Shown here: piece after piece, positions 32,042-41,532 of the stretch
How positions within the stretch are numbered: position 1 is the stretch's first letter
How the letters are laid out: each line of letters opens with the position of its first letter
Virus record (IMG/VR): IMGVR_UViG_2721755498_000006
Coordinates: 1-52,298 of that record
DNA: 52,298 bases
Strand: one strand, 5' to 3'
Source of the DNA: a virus
Taxonomy: Duplodnaviria; Heunggongvirae; Uroviricota; Caudoviricetes
Notes under the pieces: generated by a model
Databases searched by the model: none
The model's input: only the letters and a program-made list of their open reading frames with translations
What the model was told of the DNA's origin: nothing
Translations under genes and position numbers: made by a program

Positions 32042-32514
32042 ACCTCAATCTCTCTGACCGTTCCGCCTGCCTCTTTGAATTTTGCAATCAGGTTGTCAGC
32101 CTTATGCTCGAACTGACCATAACCAGCGCCCGGCAGTGAAGCCCATATATTGCTGCAACGGTCGATAGCCTGACGGATATCACCGCGATCAATCATCGGC
32201 AAAGCGCCACGCTCCTTAATCTGCTGCAATGCAACAGCATCCTGGCTTTTAGGAGAGAAGTCTTTCAGGCCAAGCTGCTTACGATAGGCATCCCACCAAC
32301 GGGAAAGAAGCTGGTAACGTCCGGCTGCTGTTGATTTGAGTTTTGGGTTTAGCGTGACAAGTTTGCGAGGGTGATCGGAGTAATCAGTGAATAGCTCTCC
32401 TCCTACAATGACGTCATAACCATGATTTCTGGTTTTCTGACGTCCGTTATCAGTTCCCTCTGACCACGCCAGCATATCGAGGAACGCCTTACGTTGATTA
32501 TTGATTTCCACCAT
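32038..32514 (-). CDS. R: endolysin R (lambda-type lytic transglycosylase)
   Basis: [49 protein letters not shown]... as lambda R. Confidence 0.95.
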   Translation of the reverse strand: MVEINNQRKAFLDMLAWSEGTDNGRQKTRNHGYDVIVGGELFTDYSDHPRKLVTLNPKLKSTAAGRYQLLSRWWDAYRKQLGLKDFSPKSQDAVALQQIKERGALPMIDRGDIRQAIDRCSNIWASLPGAGYGQFEHKADNLIAKFKEAGGTVREIEV

Positions 32515-32821
32515 CTTCTACTCCGGCTTTTTTAGCAGCGAAGCGTTTGATAAGCGAACCAATCGAGTCAGTACCGATGTAGCCGATGAACACGCTCGTT
32601 ATATAAGCGAGGTTGCTACTTAGTCCGGCGAAGTCGAGAAGGTCACGAATGAACCAGGCGATAATGGCGCACATCGTTGCGTCGATTACTGTTTTTGTAA
32701 ACGCACCGCCATTATATCTGCCGCGAAGGTACGCCATTGCAAACGCAAGGATTGCCCCGATGCCTTGTTCCTTTGCCGCGAGAATGGCGGCTAACAGGTC
32801 ATGTTTTTCTGGCATCTTCAT
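32498..32821 (-). CDS. S: holin S (dual-start MKM motif)
   Basis: [43 protein letters not shown]... as lambda S. Confidence 0.95.
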   Translation of the reverse strand: MKMPEKHDLLAAILAAKEQGIGAILAFAMAYLRGRYNGGAFTKTVIDATMCAIIAWFIRDLLDFAGLSSNLAYITSVFIGYIGTDSIGSLIKRFAAKKAGVEDGGNQ

Positions 32822-33063
32822 GTCTTACCCCCAATAAGGGGATTTGCTCTATTTAATTAGGAATAAGGTCGATTACTGATAGAACAAATCCAGGCTACTG
32901 TGTTTAGTAATCAGATTTGTTCGTGACCGATATGCACGGGCAAAACGGCAGGAGGTTGTTAGCGCGACCTCCTGCCACCAGCTTTCACGAAGATCATGTG
33001 TAGAAGGCCGCAGCGTAACTATCACTGATGAATTCAGGATAGCCAGTGGCTACGGCTCAGTTA

Positions 33064-33139
33064 TGGTGCTGGTTAACGGACTTGAACCGCTACCCATTCG
33101 CTTACAAGGCGACTGCTCTACCATTGGAGCTAAACCAGC
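33064..33139 (-). tRNA. tRNA-Thr (anticodon UGU) in the Q-S interval
   Basis: hand-folded cloverleaf: 7-bp acceptor GCUGGUU/AACCAGC, D-stem GCUC/GAGC, T-loop UUCAAGU, anticodon loop CUUGUAA, 3' CCA encoded. Confidence 0.75.
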
Positions 33140-33144
33140 ATATT

Positions 33145-33219
33145 TGGCGGGACAGCGTGGACTCGAACCACGATAAGAAGGTTAACAGCCTTCCGTAATG
33201 ACCTTTATACGACTGACCC
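33145..33219 (-). tRNA. tRNA-Asn (anticodon GUU)-like, slightly imperfect acceptor and D stems
   Basis: anticodon stem GAAGG/CCUUC, loop CUGUUAA, T-arm CGUGG-UUCGAGU-CCACG, CCA encoded; one U-U mismatch in acceptor stem. Confidence 0.55.
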
Positions 33220-33282
33220 AAATAAAAAAAGCCACCGTTGCAACTTAAGAGTCACTAACGGCAGCTTACCCTCTAATTATGG

Positions 33283-33801
33283 CTAAATGGCTAATTGCAT
33301 GTCAAGGTTTTTAACAGCAACATGCTTAACTTTCTCAACACGTTTACGCATTTTGAAAGCATTTTGCATTGGTTGGTACAAAACAAATAATGACGCTTTC
33401 AGGATGTCGTCAATTTCGTTTCTACAGGTTGCCAGTGAAGGTTTTCTCCATCCCTCGCCACCACGTCCACACATCTTGCGTGGCTTTGCAGTCGCGTGAT
33501 AGTAGGATGCAATTGCTCGCTTAGATGAACCATGAGCGTAGTAGCTGAGGAGGATGCCAAAGGCTTTTTTGTCAATGTACATGACGGAATCGACGACCTG
33601 AGAAATCAACATTCCATCATCATCATTGCACATTGGCCTTGTCATAACTCTTCCCGGCTCTACGCTCTCCATGAACTTCGCTATTACGCTGCTCATGCGC
33701 TTTTCCAGACGACCTGAATAAACCCATGCGCCCCACAGTTCAAGCCAGCCATTCAGCCACTCGTGCTGCTCTTTGGTGAGGTTTAGTTCTCTTATGCCCA
33801 C
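33283..33801 (-). CDS. late antiterminator Q-like protein
   Basis: position between nin phosphatase and lysis cassette; WLELWGAW-type N-terminal motif as I recall for a Q family. Confidence 0.6.
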   Translation of the reverse strand: MGIRELNLTKEQHEWLNGWLELWGAWVYSGRLEKRMSSVIAKFMESVEPGRVMTRPMCNDDDGMLISQVVDSVMYIDKKAFGILLSYYAHGSSKRAIASYYHATAKPRKMCGRGGEGWRKPSLATCRNEIDDILKASLFVLYQPMQNAFKMRKRVEKVKHVAVKNLDMQLAI

Positions 33802-34463
33802 GCGCCTTCTCCCTGTACCTGAATCAATGTGAGGTTTCCGCAGAACACTGCGCCGGTATCGATATACATCTGGTTGGCAAATTTGAGTGGTTTCACTGCT
33901 GGCGTATGACCAAAGATGAGCGTGTCCGCGCCTTTGATTTCTTTCACGATCCCGTCTTGTGAGTTGCTGATTCGTTCGCGGTTCCAGATTACCTGCTGAT
34001 GATCAACTGGCTTTCCAAACTCGTATTCGTCACAGGGATAATCGGCGTGGCAGATGACATATTTTTTACCTTCGCTCACCAGTTCGATGATTAACGGAAG
34101 TTCATCTGCTTTATGGGCAAGAGCTTTAGCCAGAATTTCTTTGTCGTAATCGAGATTAAAGAACCAGCCACCGCCATTAAACAGCCAGTGATTGACGTTT
34201 CCACGCTCTGATAAGCCATCAATCATCATTTGCTCATGGTTTCCACGTACAGCTCGGAACCAGGGGAATGTGATTAATTCCAGACATTCGACGTTCTCTG
34301 TACCGCGATCAACCAAATCGCCCACCGAGATAAGCAGGTCTTTTTTGGTGTCGAATCCTATCGTCTCCAGTTTTTTCATCAGGTTCGTGTAGCATCCGTG
34401 CAGATCGCCAACTACCCAAACATTTCGGTATTTGCTGCCATCAATTCTTTCGTAATAGCGCAT
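33792..34463 (-). CDS. Ser/Thr protein phosphatase (lambda PPase / NinI-like)
   Basis: GDLHGC and GNHE metallophosphatase motifs; start moved to MRYYERIDG. Confidence 0.9.
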   Translation of the reverse strand: MRYYERIDGSKYRNVWVVGDLHGCYTNLMKKLETIGFDTKKDLLISVGDLVDRGTENVECLELITFPWFRAVRGNHEQMMIDGLSERGNVNHWLFNGGGWFFNLDYDKEILAKALAHKADELPLIIELVSEGKKYVICHADYPCDEYEFGKPVDHQQVIWNRERISNSQDGIVKEIKGADTLIFGHTPAVKPLKFANQMYIDTGAVFCGNLTLIQVQGEGAWA

Positions 34464-34647
34464 CTCTTTCACTCCATCCGCGATGAACCATGAGAACGTC
34501 GTTGACGATGGCGTGCATTTTCCAGTCTTTATCATCAACGTATTTTCTGACCGTACCGCGACTACATTTCAGTCTGCGTGCCACTTCTGTCTGGTTTCCG
34601 TATGCTTCAACAAGCATGTCTGGAATGGTTTTTACTGAGAACGTCAT
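34441..34647 (-). CDS. ninH: NinH
   Basis: [41 protein letters not shown]... as lambda NinH. Confidence 0.9.
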   Translation of the reverse strand: MTFSVKTIPDMLVEAYGNQTEVARRLKCSRGTVRKYVDDKDWKMHAIVNDVLMVHRGWSERDALLRKN

Positions 34648-35255
34648 GCGGCCTCACTTCTGCTATTTCGCAGGTCTTTGAGTTTCTGTTGGTACTCTGC
34701 CTTGATCGCCTTGCACTCTTCGATAGTCCAGCGATGGCGGTTATGGTTTGATTCGATTTCGTCTACTGCTTCCTGCCCGATGCGGCTAATCAGTTCGACG
34801 CGATACGGAACGAGATTTCCGCTTTTGTGCTGGTTGCACACCACGCATTGCTTGTGAATATTGCGTTCATCAAATCGGAGTTGAGGCGCCGCAGCAGTTG
34901 TCCGGTAATGCCCGGCATCCCACTGAGCAGACGTGAGCGTTCCGCACGAGATACATGGTAAGTCGCGGTCTCTTTCTCTGATGAAGGCGTTTACGGCTTG
35001 TTGTGCTTGTTTAATCCAGTAACTGCGGGGTTTTAAGGCGAGTTTTCGAATCTTAAGTTTATCTTTCTGTTTCTGCTCCTCTCGTCGTCGTTTCTTCTCT
35101 GCTGCTTTTTCCGCTTTTTCGCGTTCTTTGCCTCGTCGTTCGAGTGCTATCTTTGTTCCACACTCTGGAGAGCACCACCACTGATTAGCGAATGCAGGGT
35201 GAAACCATTCCCGACATTCATCGTTTTTACATCGTCTTCGCGCTGGTTTAGCCAT
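34644..35255 (-). CDS. ninG: NinG / Rap recombination endonuclease
   Basis: 203 aa; Cys-rich zinc-binding pattern; lambda NinG-like. Confidence 0.85.
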   Translation of the reverse strand: MAKPARRRCKNDECREWFHPAFANQWWCSPECGTKIALERRGKEREKAEKAAEKKRRREEQKQKDKLKIRKLALKPRSYWIKQAQQAVNAFIRERDRDLPCISCGTLTSAQWDAGHYRTTAAAPQLRFDERNIHKQCVVCNQHKSGNLVPYRVELISRIGQEAVDEIESNHNRHRWTIEECKAIKAEYQQKLKDLRNSRSEAA

Positions 35256-35424
35256 CGTCTTCTTCCTCGTACATTGAGCTACTCGGATCGCTCATCAGTT
35301 CTGCGCAGCAATCGGAGCACACGTGAACTTCCAGCACATGCAGCTTCTGACCGCAGTTAGCGCACGTTAAAGCCCGCTCGACGCTTTCTTTCTGGTATTG
35401 AAGGGATTGGGATGGGCTAAGCAT
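35248..35424 (-). CDS. ninF: NinF
   Basis: hand-translated 58 aa [36 protein letters not shown]...; stop overlaps ninG start. Confidence 0.8.
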   Translation of the reverse strand: MLSPSQSLQYQKESVERALTCANCGQKLHVLEVHVCSDCCAELMSDPSSSMYEEEDDG

Positions 35425-35830
35425 TATTGGCGTCCTTCATCATGAGAAAGACAATCATGGCGGCGCGGAGTGGATTAGACTGATACTGAATTCCGAACTT
35501 TTGACAAGATGAAATCGCATCACACCACTCGTGATATTCGCCTTCATATCTCGTATCGGTACTATCAAACATTATGCTGATTTTGTTTTCAGTGATAATT
35601 GGCCACGCATATTCAGGATTATTGCAAGGATTGAAGCAATTTCCGTTTGAAGAACGGAAGCCATTAATATCCCTTTTTTGCGTCTGCCAAATAGGACCTC
35701 TTTCGTCAGTGGGGATCTCAGAATCGAAATCTGCTTCGTCATCAAGTATGAAGAAATGCTCCTCCATATCTAAAGCCTCACATACTCGCTTGTTAATTTC
35801 AAAATCACTTAACTGTGAATAATCCATTGT
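35417..35830 (-). CDS. hypothetical nin-region protein
   Basis: ORF; no recognised motif. Confidence 0.45.
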   Translation of the reverse strand, partial: TMDYSQLSDFEINKRVCEALDMEEHFFILDDEADFDSEIPTDERGPIWQTQKRDINGFRSSNGNCFNPCNNPEYAWPIITENKISIMFDSTDTRYEGEYHEWCDAISSCQKFGIQYQSNPLRAAMIVFLMMKDANNA

Positions 35831-36006
35831 CATTTCCTCGCACGATGCCTTAGCCACCGGATATCCCACAGGTGAGCCGTATAGTTGAAGGTTTTTACGT
35901 CAGATTCTTTTGGGATTGGCTTGCGTTTATTTCTGGAGCGTTTCGTTGGAAGGTATTTGCAGTTTTCGCAGATGATGTCGGTGATACTTCGTCGCTGTCG
36001 CCTCAT
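35830..36006 (-). CDS. ninE: NinE-like small basic protein
   Basis: [52 protein letters not shown]... Confidence 0.7.
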   Translation of the reverse strand: MRRQRRSITDIICENCKYLPTKRSRNKRKPIPKESDVKTFNYTAHLWDIRWLRHRARK

Positions 36007-36566
36007 GCCGCCCTCCTGACGCCCTGCCCGATCGCCATCAATACCGCTTTTGATACGGTAGTAAACATCCGTCGAGGACTGATGAACGGTCGCCAAATCA
36101 GCAGCATGGAACCTTTGCTGTTTCCCTTCTTCTCCAGCCCTGTCGATGGTTCGATAAAATTAATCCGTCCATCAGTGATAATGCGAACTTCGTCGACACT
36201 CTCCAGAGCCTTGCTGAACCATCCGACTGACATATCCTCTGGCACAAGCATAACTACCGTCTGTCGCTGTTGTATGCACTGCTCAGCGGCTTTTTCCACC
36301 CACGGCCTGATATTGCTGTACGGTGGGTTATTCCAGATTGCACCGTGGCTTACCCACTCAGAATTTAGCGCGTCGTCGGCCTCAGTTAGCCAGTGAGCGC
36401 ACAGAGCATTTTTGTCGCTCGCTGCCGAATCCAGCCAGAATCCAAACTCAATATCCAGTGCATCAAAAAGCCAAAGCGGCGTTCGCCAGCAGTCCTTGTC
36501 GTGTGCTGGCGTATTTGATTTGATAGTCACTCTACTTGCCTCTCCTTTAGATCCCGGTACTCGCAA
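36003..36566 (-). CDS. phage Dam-type DNA N6-adenine methyltransferase (orphan)
   Basis: NPPY motif ([10 protein letters not shown]); typical nin-region location; no adjacent restriction gene. Confidence 0.8.
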   Translation of the reverse strand: MRVPGSKGEASRVTIKSNTPAHDKDCWRTPLWLFDALDIEFGFWLDSAASDKNALCAHWLTEADDALNSEWVSHGAIWNNPPYSNIRPWVEKAAEQCIQQRQTVVMLVPEDMSVGWFSKALESVDEVRIITDGRINFIEPSTGLEKKGNSKGSMLLIWRPFISPRRMFTTVSKAVLMAIGQGVRRAA

Positions 36567-36952
36567 TTATCAGGAATGGTTAGTCGTAATCCCTTCTGAT
36601 GCGCCCACTGGTCAATATCGGTCAGATATTTGTGCATATCTCCAATATCAAGCTGACGTGTTGATTTAACGCATCGTGTAATATTAAAAATCGTCACCCT
36701 TTTAGCCGGACAAAATATATCTTTCAGCCACTCATGAACCTCTTCAGGCGTGAAGTTTTCAGCAGAAGCAGCAGATAACTGTGCGGCTATTTCTGCATTC
36801 CACATCCACAGCAGATTGTTTTGTGACAATGTACGCTTCTCACGGTACTCAGATATTTTGATTCGCCAGCGTTTGCCGGTAGAGAGGATTTGTTTCAGAA
36901 CTAACCAGAATTGTGATTTATTGGTTTCGTGCAGAATGAAATCATTCATCAT
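36527..36952 (-). CDS. NinB-like recombination protein
   Basis: SQNNLLWMWN motif resembling NinB SxDQNxKLW; position. Confidence 0.55.
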   Translation of the reverse strand: MMNDFILHETNKSQFWLVLKQILSTGKRWRIKISEYREKRTLSQNNLLWMWNAEIAAQLSAASAENFTPEEVHEWLKDIFCPAKRVTIFNITRCVKSTRQLDIGDMHKYLTDIDQWAHQKGLRLTIPDNCEYRDLKERQVE

Positions 36953-37169
36953 CAGTCATCAAATCTAATTGCTGGATAATTCTGTCACACTGAAAATCAT
37001 TATCGATTTTAACCAACCGGCGAAGAACGCGGTCACGCGGATAGATACGTGGCTTAGGGGCGTTTTTCTGTCTCTCGCCAGTCGGAAGTCTGGAAGCAGA
37101 CCAGTACCGCTTTGCATGACCAATGTTCTCCTGAAAGTCGGCGCGGACAAGCTCAGTCATCGAACTCAT
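36942..37169 (-). CDS. hypothetical protein
   Basis: 75-aa ORF at start of nin region. Confidence 0.4.
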   Translation of the reverse strand: MSSMTELVRADFQENIGHAKRYWSASRLPTGERQKNAPKPRIYPRDRVLRRLVKIDNDFQCDRIIQQLDLMTDDE

Positions 37170-37195
37170 TTCTTAAAGCCTCCAATTACCCTCTC

Positions 37196-37231
37196 CCCCA
37201 AATAAAAAGGCCTGCGATTACCAGCAGGCCT
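37196..37231 (-). terminator. tR2-like intrinsic terminator between replication genes and nin region
   Basis: AGGCCUGC-loop-GCAGGCCU followed by UUUUUAUUU on minus strand, just 3' of helicase gene. Confidence 0.65.
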
Positions 37232-37259
37232 GTTATTAGCTCAGTGATGTAGGTGGTCA

Positions 37260-38711
37260 TCAGAATCCTCCTTTCTTCTTGGACTGCGGTTCCTCGCGTT
37301 CACGTCGGCGCATTTCAGCAGACTGTTGGTCTGTGTCATAAATAGCGCCATTTGCCTGAATGCAATACACCGTGCCGGTATTGCCATGACGATTGAGACG
37401 AAGGATTAGTTCGGTTTCACCAGGTGGAACACTGTCATCAAAAGCGCCTTCACGATGGATCCCAACCCAATAATCGCAATCCTGTTCAATCTGCCCTGTA
37501 TCTCGTGAGTCACTTGGTAATGGGCGTTTATTGGTTCGGCTTTCCAGTGCGCGGTTAAGCTGCGTCAGAAGCACAACAACGCAATCAAGCTCTTTGGCAA
37601 GGTTCTTCAGTCCTTTGGTGATCATGCCGTAAGCAAGGTCGTTGCGATCGGCCTTCTCAGCGGTCATTAGTGTCAGGTAATCGACCAGAATCATGCCAAC
37701 ACATCCTTTTTCTCGCTTGATTCGACGGCTTTCGCTGACGATTTGAGCCAGAGATAATCCCGGCGTGTCGTCGATGTAAAGCATGTCGATTTCACTCAAG
37801 CGATTAGCTGTTTCGATCGCCCTGTTGAAGTCACCATCGTAATCACCCTGATAGCCGTCATCAGCGTCATTTGTCGCCGGAAGGTAAAAAATATTCGGGT
37901 TAACACCTGACTTCTGTCCTACCAGCTTTTCCAGTATCTGGTCACCTGGCATTTCAAGGCTGAACATCAGAGCGGGCTTTTTCTCATGCACTGCGCAGTT
38001 GATTGCCATCTGGCTGTATAGCGTCGTTTTCCCCATCTTAGGGCGAGCGCCAATGACGAACAGAGAGCCTTTCACCAGACCTTTCGGTGAAAGCATCCTG
38101 TCCAGAGATGGGATCCCTGTGCTCATTCCTCGTTGTTCGCCTGACGGGTCAAATCGCTTCTCAAGGTCGCTAACCCAGTCTTCCATGACCTCACCAAATG
38201 AGCGAAGGCCGCGACGCGATCCGGTTTTTGCATGGTCTGTCAGTTGCGTGAAAATCGACTGAATAGCTTCGTACTTCTGTGTTGCAGTCATTCCGTTGCG
38301 GGAATAGAGCAATTCCGTCGCTTCAGTCATGCGGTTGATGGCGTAGCGTTCCATTGCGGTTTCACGAACCTGCATTGCATAGGCAACGATGTTTGCTGCG
38401 CTTGGCGTGTTCTTTGCGATCTCAGCGATATAAGCAAAACCGCCAACAGACGCCGTTAACGATTTACGCTCCAGCTCATCGAAAAGCGTCAGGCCATCTA
38501 CTGGCTTTTGCTCCCGGTGCATTCTGGTTATTTCTTCGAAAAGGATTTTGTGTGGCCGGCTGTAAAATGAGTCAGGCTTCAGCATCGCCAGAACTTTCTG
38601 GACGCGCTCACTGCTGTCATCATCCAGAAGCAATCCACCAATCACCGCCTGCTCTGCCTCGATGCTATGGGGCGGCGCATAAAAATTATCGGTCATCGTG
38701 TTCACCCTCAC
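37260..38711 (-). CDS. DnaB-family replicative helicase (P22 gene 12 / lambda P position)
   Basis: 483 aa; Walker A GARPKMGKTT; DnaB C-terminal domain motifs. Confidence 0.9.
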   Translation of the reverse strand: MRVNTMTDNFYAPPHSIEAEQAVIGGLLLDDDSSERVQKVLAMLKPDSFYSRPHKILFEEITRMHREQKPVDGLTLFDELERKSLTASVGGFAYIAEIAKNTPSAANIVAYAMQVRETAMERYAINRMTEATELLYSRNGMTATQKYEAIQSIFTQLTDHAKTGSRRGLRSFGEVMEDWVSDLEKRFDPSGEQRGMSTGIPSLDRMLSPKGLVKGSLFVIGARPKMGKTTLYSQMAINCAVHEKKPALMFSLEMPGDQILEKLVGQKSGVNPNIFYLPATNDADDGYQGDYDGDFNRAIETANRLSEIDMLYIDDTPGLSLAQIVSESRRIKREKGCVGMILVDYLTLMTAEKADRNDLAYGMITKGLKNLAKELDCVVVLLTQLNRALESRTNKRPLPSDSRDTGQIEQDCDYWVGIHREGAFDDSVPPGETELILRLNRHGNTGTVYCIQANGAIYDTDQQSAEMRRREREEPQSKKKGGF

Positions 38712-39576
38712 GAACTTTCAGGTAGGTATTGTCGTTAAGCAGGAAATCAAATCCCTTTTTGTGCCAGACGGTTCCGCGTTGATGGTTTGGACGCTCTTCG
38801 AACATCCATCGGCAATTTTCGCCTACGTAGCTCAAATAATTTCTCCAGTCCTGCATCGTGAACCCATGCCCGTCAAGCTGGCGGGTTATCACTCCGGCTT
38901 TGCGCCAGAACGTTCGGATCTGGTTTTTACGCTTGTCATTCAGTGCGCGGATTCTTGGCGCTTCAGGAAGGATTTCGTGGTAAGCATCGACAACATCCTG
39001 ACAGCTGACGGAAGGTTTTTTCTTGTCAGACTTTTTGTCTGCTGCGGTACTCTCTAATACGTCAGTATTAGAGATATTATTTATATTATTGTTTATGGAC
39101 AACCGTTGGACAACCGTTGGACAATCTCCGCTGAGAGCCGCGCCATTACTGGTGTTTGCGTTGGACAACCGTTGGACAACAGTTGGACAATTTTTTGCCT
39201 GAAAATCGTCATATTTAACGATTGTAAACAGGCTAAATTTCTTCCCCATCGCGCAAATATTAAGCATCCCTTTCGACTCAAAAGTCCGTAATAAGCTCCG
39301 AACTTTGTTGTCGGGGATGAATGTTTCTCTGACCAGCGACGGGCGTCCAGTTATCATCTGACCGCGATCAACAGTTATCGGACCGATATCCGTATTGACG
39401 ACAGTAGATTCGTGATTAGCCTTGAGGATTAAGTGAAGCCAAAGATGTACTGCCTGAGAGTCCTTATAGAGCCTGCTGTCCATAAACTGGCGGTGTATAG
39501 AGACATACCCCATACTGGATGCCTCCTGATGTTGTACAGGGTTATGCCTGTAATCAGCTAACTTAACGACGCCCAT
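38686..39576 (-). CDS. replication initiator (lambda O / P22 gene 18-like) containing the origin iterons
   Basis: 296 aa; internal repeated peptide CPTVVQRLSNANTSNG...CPTVVQRLS encoded by iterons; overlaps helicase gene. Confidence 0.85.
   Translation of the reverse strand: MGVVKLADYRHNPVQHQEASSMGYVSIHRQFMDSRLYKDSQAVHLWLHLILKANHESTVVNTDIGPITVDRGQMITGRPSLVRETFIPDNKVRSLLRTFESKGMLNICAMGKKFSLFTIVKYDDFQAKNCPTVVQRLSNANTSNGAALSGDCPTVVQRLSINNNINNISNTDVLESTAADKKSDKKKPSVSCQDVVDAYHEILPEAPRIRALNDKRKNQIRTFWRKAGVITRQLDGHGFTMQDWRNYLSYVGENCRWMFEERPNHQRGTVWHKKGFDFLLNDNTYLKVREGEHDDR
39097..39193. repeat. replication origin iterons: five copies of ~11-bp TTGGACAAC(C/A)G in two clusters, flanked by an AT-rich tract (39066-39095)
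   Basis: directly visible inside the initiator gene. Confidence 0.8.
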
Positions 39577-39724
39577 GTTTCACTCCTGCTTTGGCTAGTC
39601 TGTAAACACCAACAAGGCGCTCTGCGAACGCCCTGTTATTTGCTGCGGCTACCACTAATCCCTCAGGTGAATCAGGGTGTCGAATCTCTTCTTTTTCCTG
39701 GTATTTCTTACGACGTTTTGTCAT
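39563..39724 (-). CDS. 53-aa basic ORF between cII and replication initiator
   Basis: hand-translated MTKRRKKYQEKEEIRHPDSPEG...; GGAG SD 8 nt upstream. Confidence 0.3.
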   Translation of the reverse strand: MTKRRKKYQEKEEIRHPDSPEGLVVAAANNRAFAERLVGVYRLAKAGVKHGRR

Positions 39725-39758
39725 AATTACTCCTGTGGATTGATCCAGTCTTTCTACA

Positions 39759-40037
39759 TCAGGCCTCGAAGAATTCGCCGTTCTTCGGGGCTTTTTCTTT
39801 TGTCAGCATTCTGGCTACTTTCTTAGCCAGTTCCGCCAACTCCTCGTCTTCAACACCCCACTCCAGCACAGCCAGAAGCATGGCCATCTTTGGGATAAAG
39901 CTGTCTTTCCATCGCGAAATTTGCGATTCATTGATCCCTAATGCATCAGCAACCTTTCGCTGACCACGTACAGCAATTCGATTTAGGATGTTGCTTGTAA
40001 TTGCATTCGCTTTCTTGCGAGTACTTGTAAGTTGCAT
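39759..40037 (-). CDS. cII: CII-like lysogeny activator
   Basis: ...INESQISRWKDSFIPKMAMLLAVLEWGV... matches lambda CII core; start set at MQLTSTRKK. Confidence 0.85.
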   Translation of the reverse strand: MQLTSTRKKANAITSNILNRIAVRGQRKVADALGINESQISRWKDSFIPKMAMLLAVLEWGVEDEELAELAKKVARMLTKEKAPKNGEFFEA

Positions 40038-40093
40038 ATGTAAGTATTTCCTTAACAAATAAGAAGTTATGCGCACCAACTGATGCGCGTTGT

Positions 40094-40139
40094 ATTCCCG
40101 CATTTCGGCGGGAATGAGGACCATGACTGTTAAAGAGCG
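40094..40139 (-). promoter_or_regulatory. nutR: boxA-like CGCTCTTTAA followed by boxB hairpin UUCCCGC-CGAAAU-GCGGGAA
   Basis: read on minus strand between cro stop and cII start; same boxB hairpin recurs at nutL. Confidence 0.6.
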
Positions 40140-40146
40140 GTGTTAC

Positions 40147-40377
40147 TTATGCTGCCTGATTCGGTTTTGGAAACAGGTGTGGCAAATCGGGGCGAATTTC
40201 GTAAGCCTTGATCTGCCCTCCAGTGGCGTTAACGATGGCGGTAACTTTCTCTGGAGAGACCAACCCGCCTTTCAGCCATTTGTGTACTGCTGGCTGCGTT
40301 ACACCACACTTGTCGGCAAGGCGCTTTTGGCTACCGACAATTTTCAAGGCTCGTTGAATTACTAAATTCATGAGCAT
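40147..40377 (-). CDS. cro: Cro-like HTH repressor (start uncertain)
   Basis: small HTH protein ...QKRLADKCGVTQPAVHKWLKGG... divergent from cI across operators. Confidence 0.7.
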   Translation of the reverse strand: MLMNLVIQRALKIVGSQKRLADKCGVTQPAVHKWLKGGLVSPEKVTAIVNATGGQIKAYEIRPDLPHLFPKPNQAA

Positions 40378-40407
40378 ACCTCTTGTGGTCATTACTTATA
40401 ACCAAAG

Positions 40408-40470
40408 ATAACTCAAGTTATAAAAAATAGCAATAACCTTTGTTATTTTACTTTGGATAACCGTAGTTAT
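40408..40470. promoter_or_regulatory. OR operator region: three 14-bp palindromes ATAAC-N4-GTTAT (40408-40421, 40433-40446, 40457-40470) with divergent pR/pRM
   Basis: three evenly spaced inverted repeats between cro and cI starts. Confidence 0.65.
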
Positions 40471-40482
40471 AGATTTGTGAGT

Positions 40483-41190
40483 ATGAAAACATTCGCAGAA
40501 AGACTAAATGCAGCCATGAGCTCAGCAGGGGTATCACAATCACAGCTTGCTGACATGGTTGGAATATCTCAGCCAGCCATACAGAAGATGTCGTCCGGTA
40601 AAACAAACGGATCTCGCAAGATGGTTGAATTAGCCAATGCTTTAAAAGTGCGTCCTGAATGGCTTAGTTCTGGTATTGGTGAAATGAGGGATGGTGCACA
40701 TGAAGAACCATCCAATGTCCGTGAGTCATCTTTAAAAGCTGTTGTATGGGAAGACATTAAAAGAAACGATGACGAGTTTGTTGCGTTGCCTCTTCTTAAC
40801 GTTTCGCTTTCAGCTGGAAGCGGTAGCTGCGAGCTAGAGGAATCATCGGAGTTCTCTTTGGTTTTCAGAAAGCACTATCTGAAAAAGATGGGAGTATCTG
40901 AAAGATCAGCCAAGCTAGTTAGGGTTGTAGGGCAAAGCATGGAACCAACGCTTCACGATGGCGATGTTGTTGGTGTTAACACGCAAGATACCACCATCAG
41001 AGATGGTAAAACCTACGCTATTTGCCAGTCTGATTTGTTACGAGTAAAAACATTAATCGCCACCCCTACATCGGTGATAATCAGATCAATAAATCGCGAA
41101 GAGTACCCGGATGAAGTAATGGATAGAGATGAATTTCATGAAACCGTAAGGATTATTGGCAGAGTATTCTGGTCGTCTCATAGTTGGTAA
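40483..41190 (+). CDS. CI-type repressor (N-terminal HTH, C-terminal S24 LexA-like autopeptidase)
   Basis: HTH QSQLADMVGISQPAIQKM; GQSMEPT Ser motif and downstream RVK; start set at MKTFAER. Confidence 0.9.
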   Translation: MKTFAERLNAAMSSAGVSQSQLADMVGISQPAIQKMSSGKTNGSRKMVELANALKVRPEWLSSGIGEMRDGAHEEPSNVRESSLKAVVWEDIKRNDDEFVALPLLNVSLSAGSGSCELEESSEFSLVFRKHYLKKMGVSERSAKLVRVVGQSMEPTLHDGDVVGVNTQDTTIRDGKTYAICQSDLLRVKTLIATPTSVIIRSINREEYPDEVMDRDEFHETVRIIGRVFWSSHSW

Positions 41191-41230
41191 CCGATAATCA
41201 GAAGAAGACTTACGGAAGTGCGGAGGGATA

Positions 41231-41527
41231 ATGGAATTTCTGATAGTTTTTGTTGTTGTTTTGGTCATCATTCTTTTTGTTTTGCTAAGCATTAGTAAAA
41301 AGCTATCTCAAGTGATTGAACATAGCTCTAATCGCGCAAAAGAAGAAGAGCATCTAATTGATATAAAAGAGATTCTCTCTGATATAAAAATCACATTAGA
41401 TGAAATAAAGTACACAACAGATCTAATTGAACAGTATAAAATACCAACCCCAAACGAGAGAAAAGCAATAGATCAATATCGTATTGACTTAGAAATCGAC
41501 GAAATGCTAAGCAAAAGAAAAGACTAA
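41231..41527 (+). CDS. small membrane protein (one N-terminal TM helix + acidic coiled-coil) in the cI-adjacent rex/superinfection-exclusion slot
   Basis: 98-aa AT-rich ORF; GGAGGG SD; co-oriented with cI and followed by terminator. Confidence 0.6.
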   Translation: MEFLIVFVVVLVIILFVLLSISKKLSQVIEHSSNRAKEEEHLIDIKEILSDIKITLDEIKYTTDLIEQYKIPTPNERKAIDQYRIDLEIDEMLSKRKD

Positions 41528-41532
41528 AAACA

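Noticed and set aside
32977-33063. Possible third tRNA upstream of the tRNA-Thr in the Q-S interval
   Set aside because: Could not fold the sequence into a cloverleaf with acceptor and T-arm; only the two downstream tRNAs are supported.
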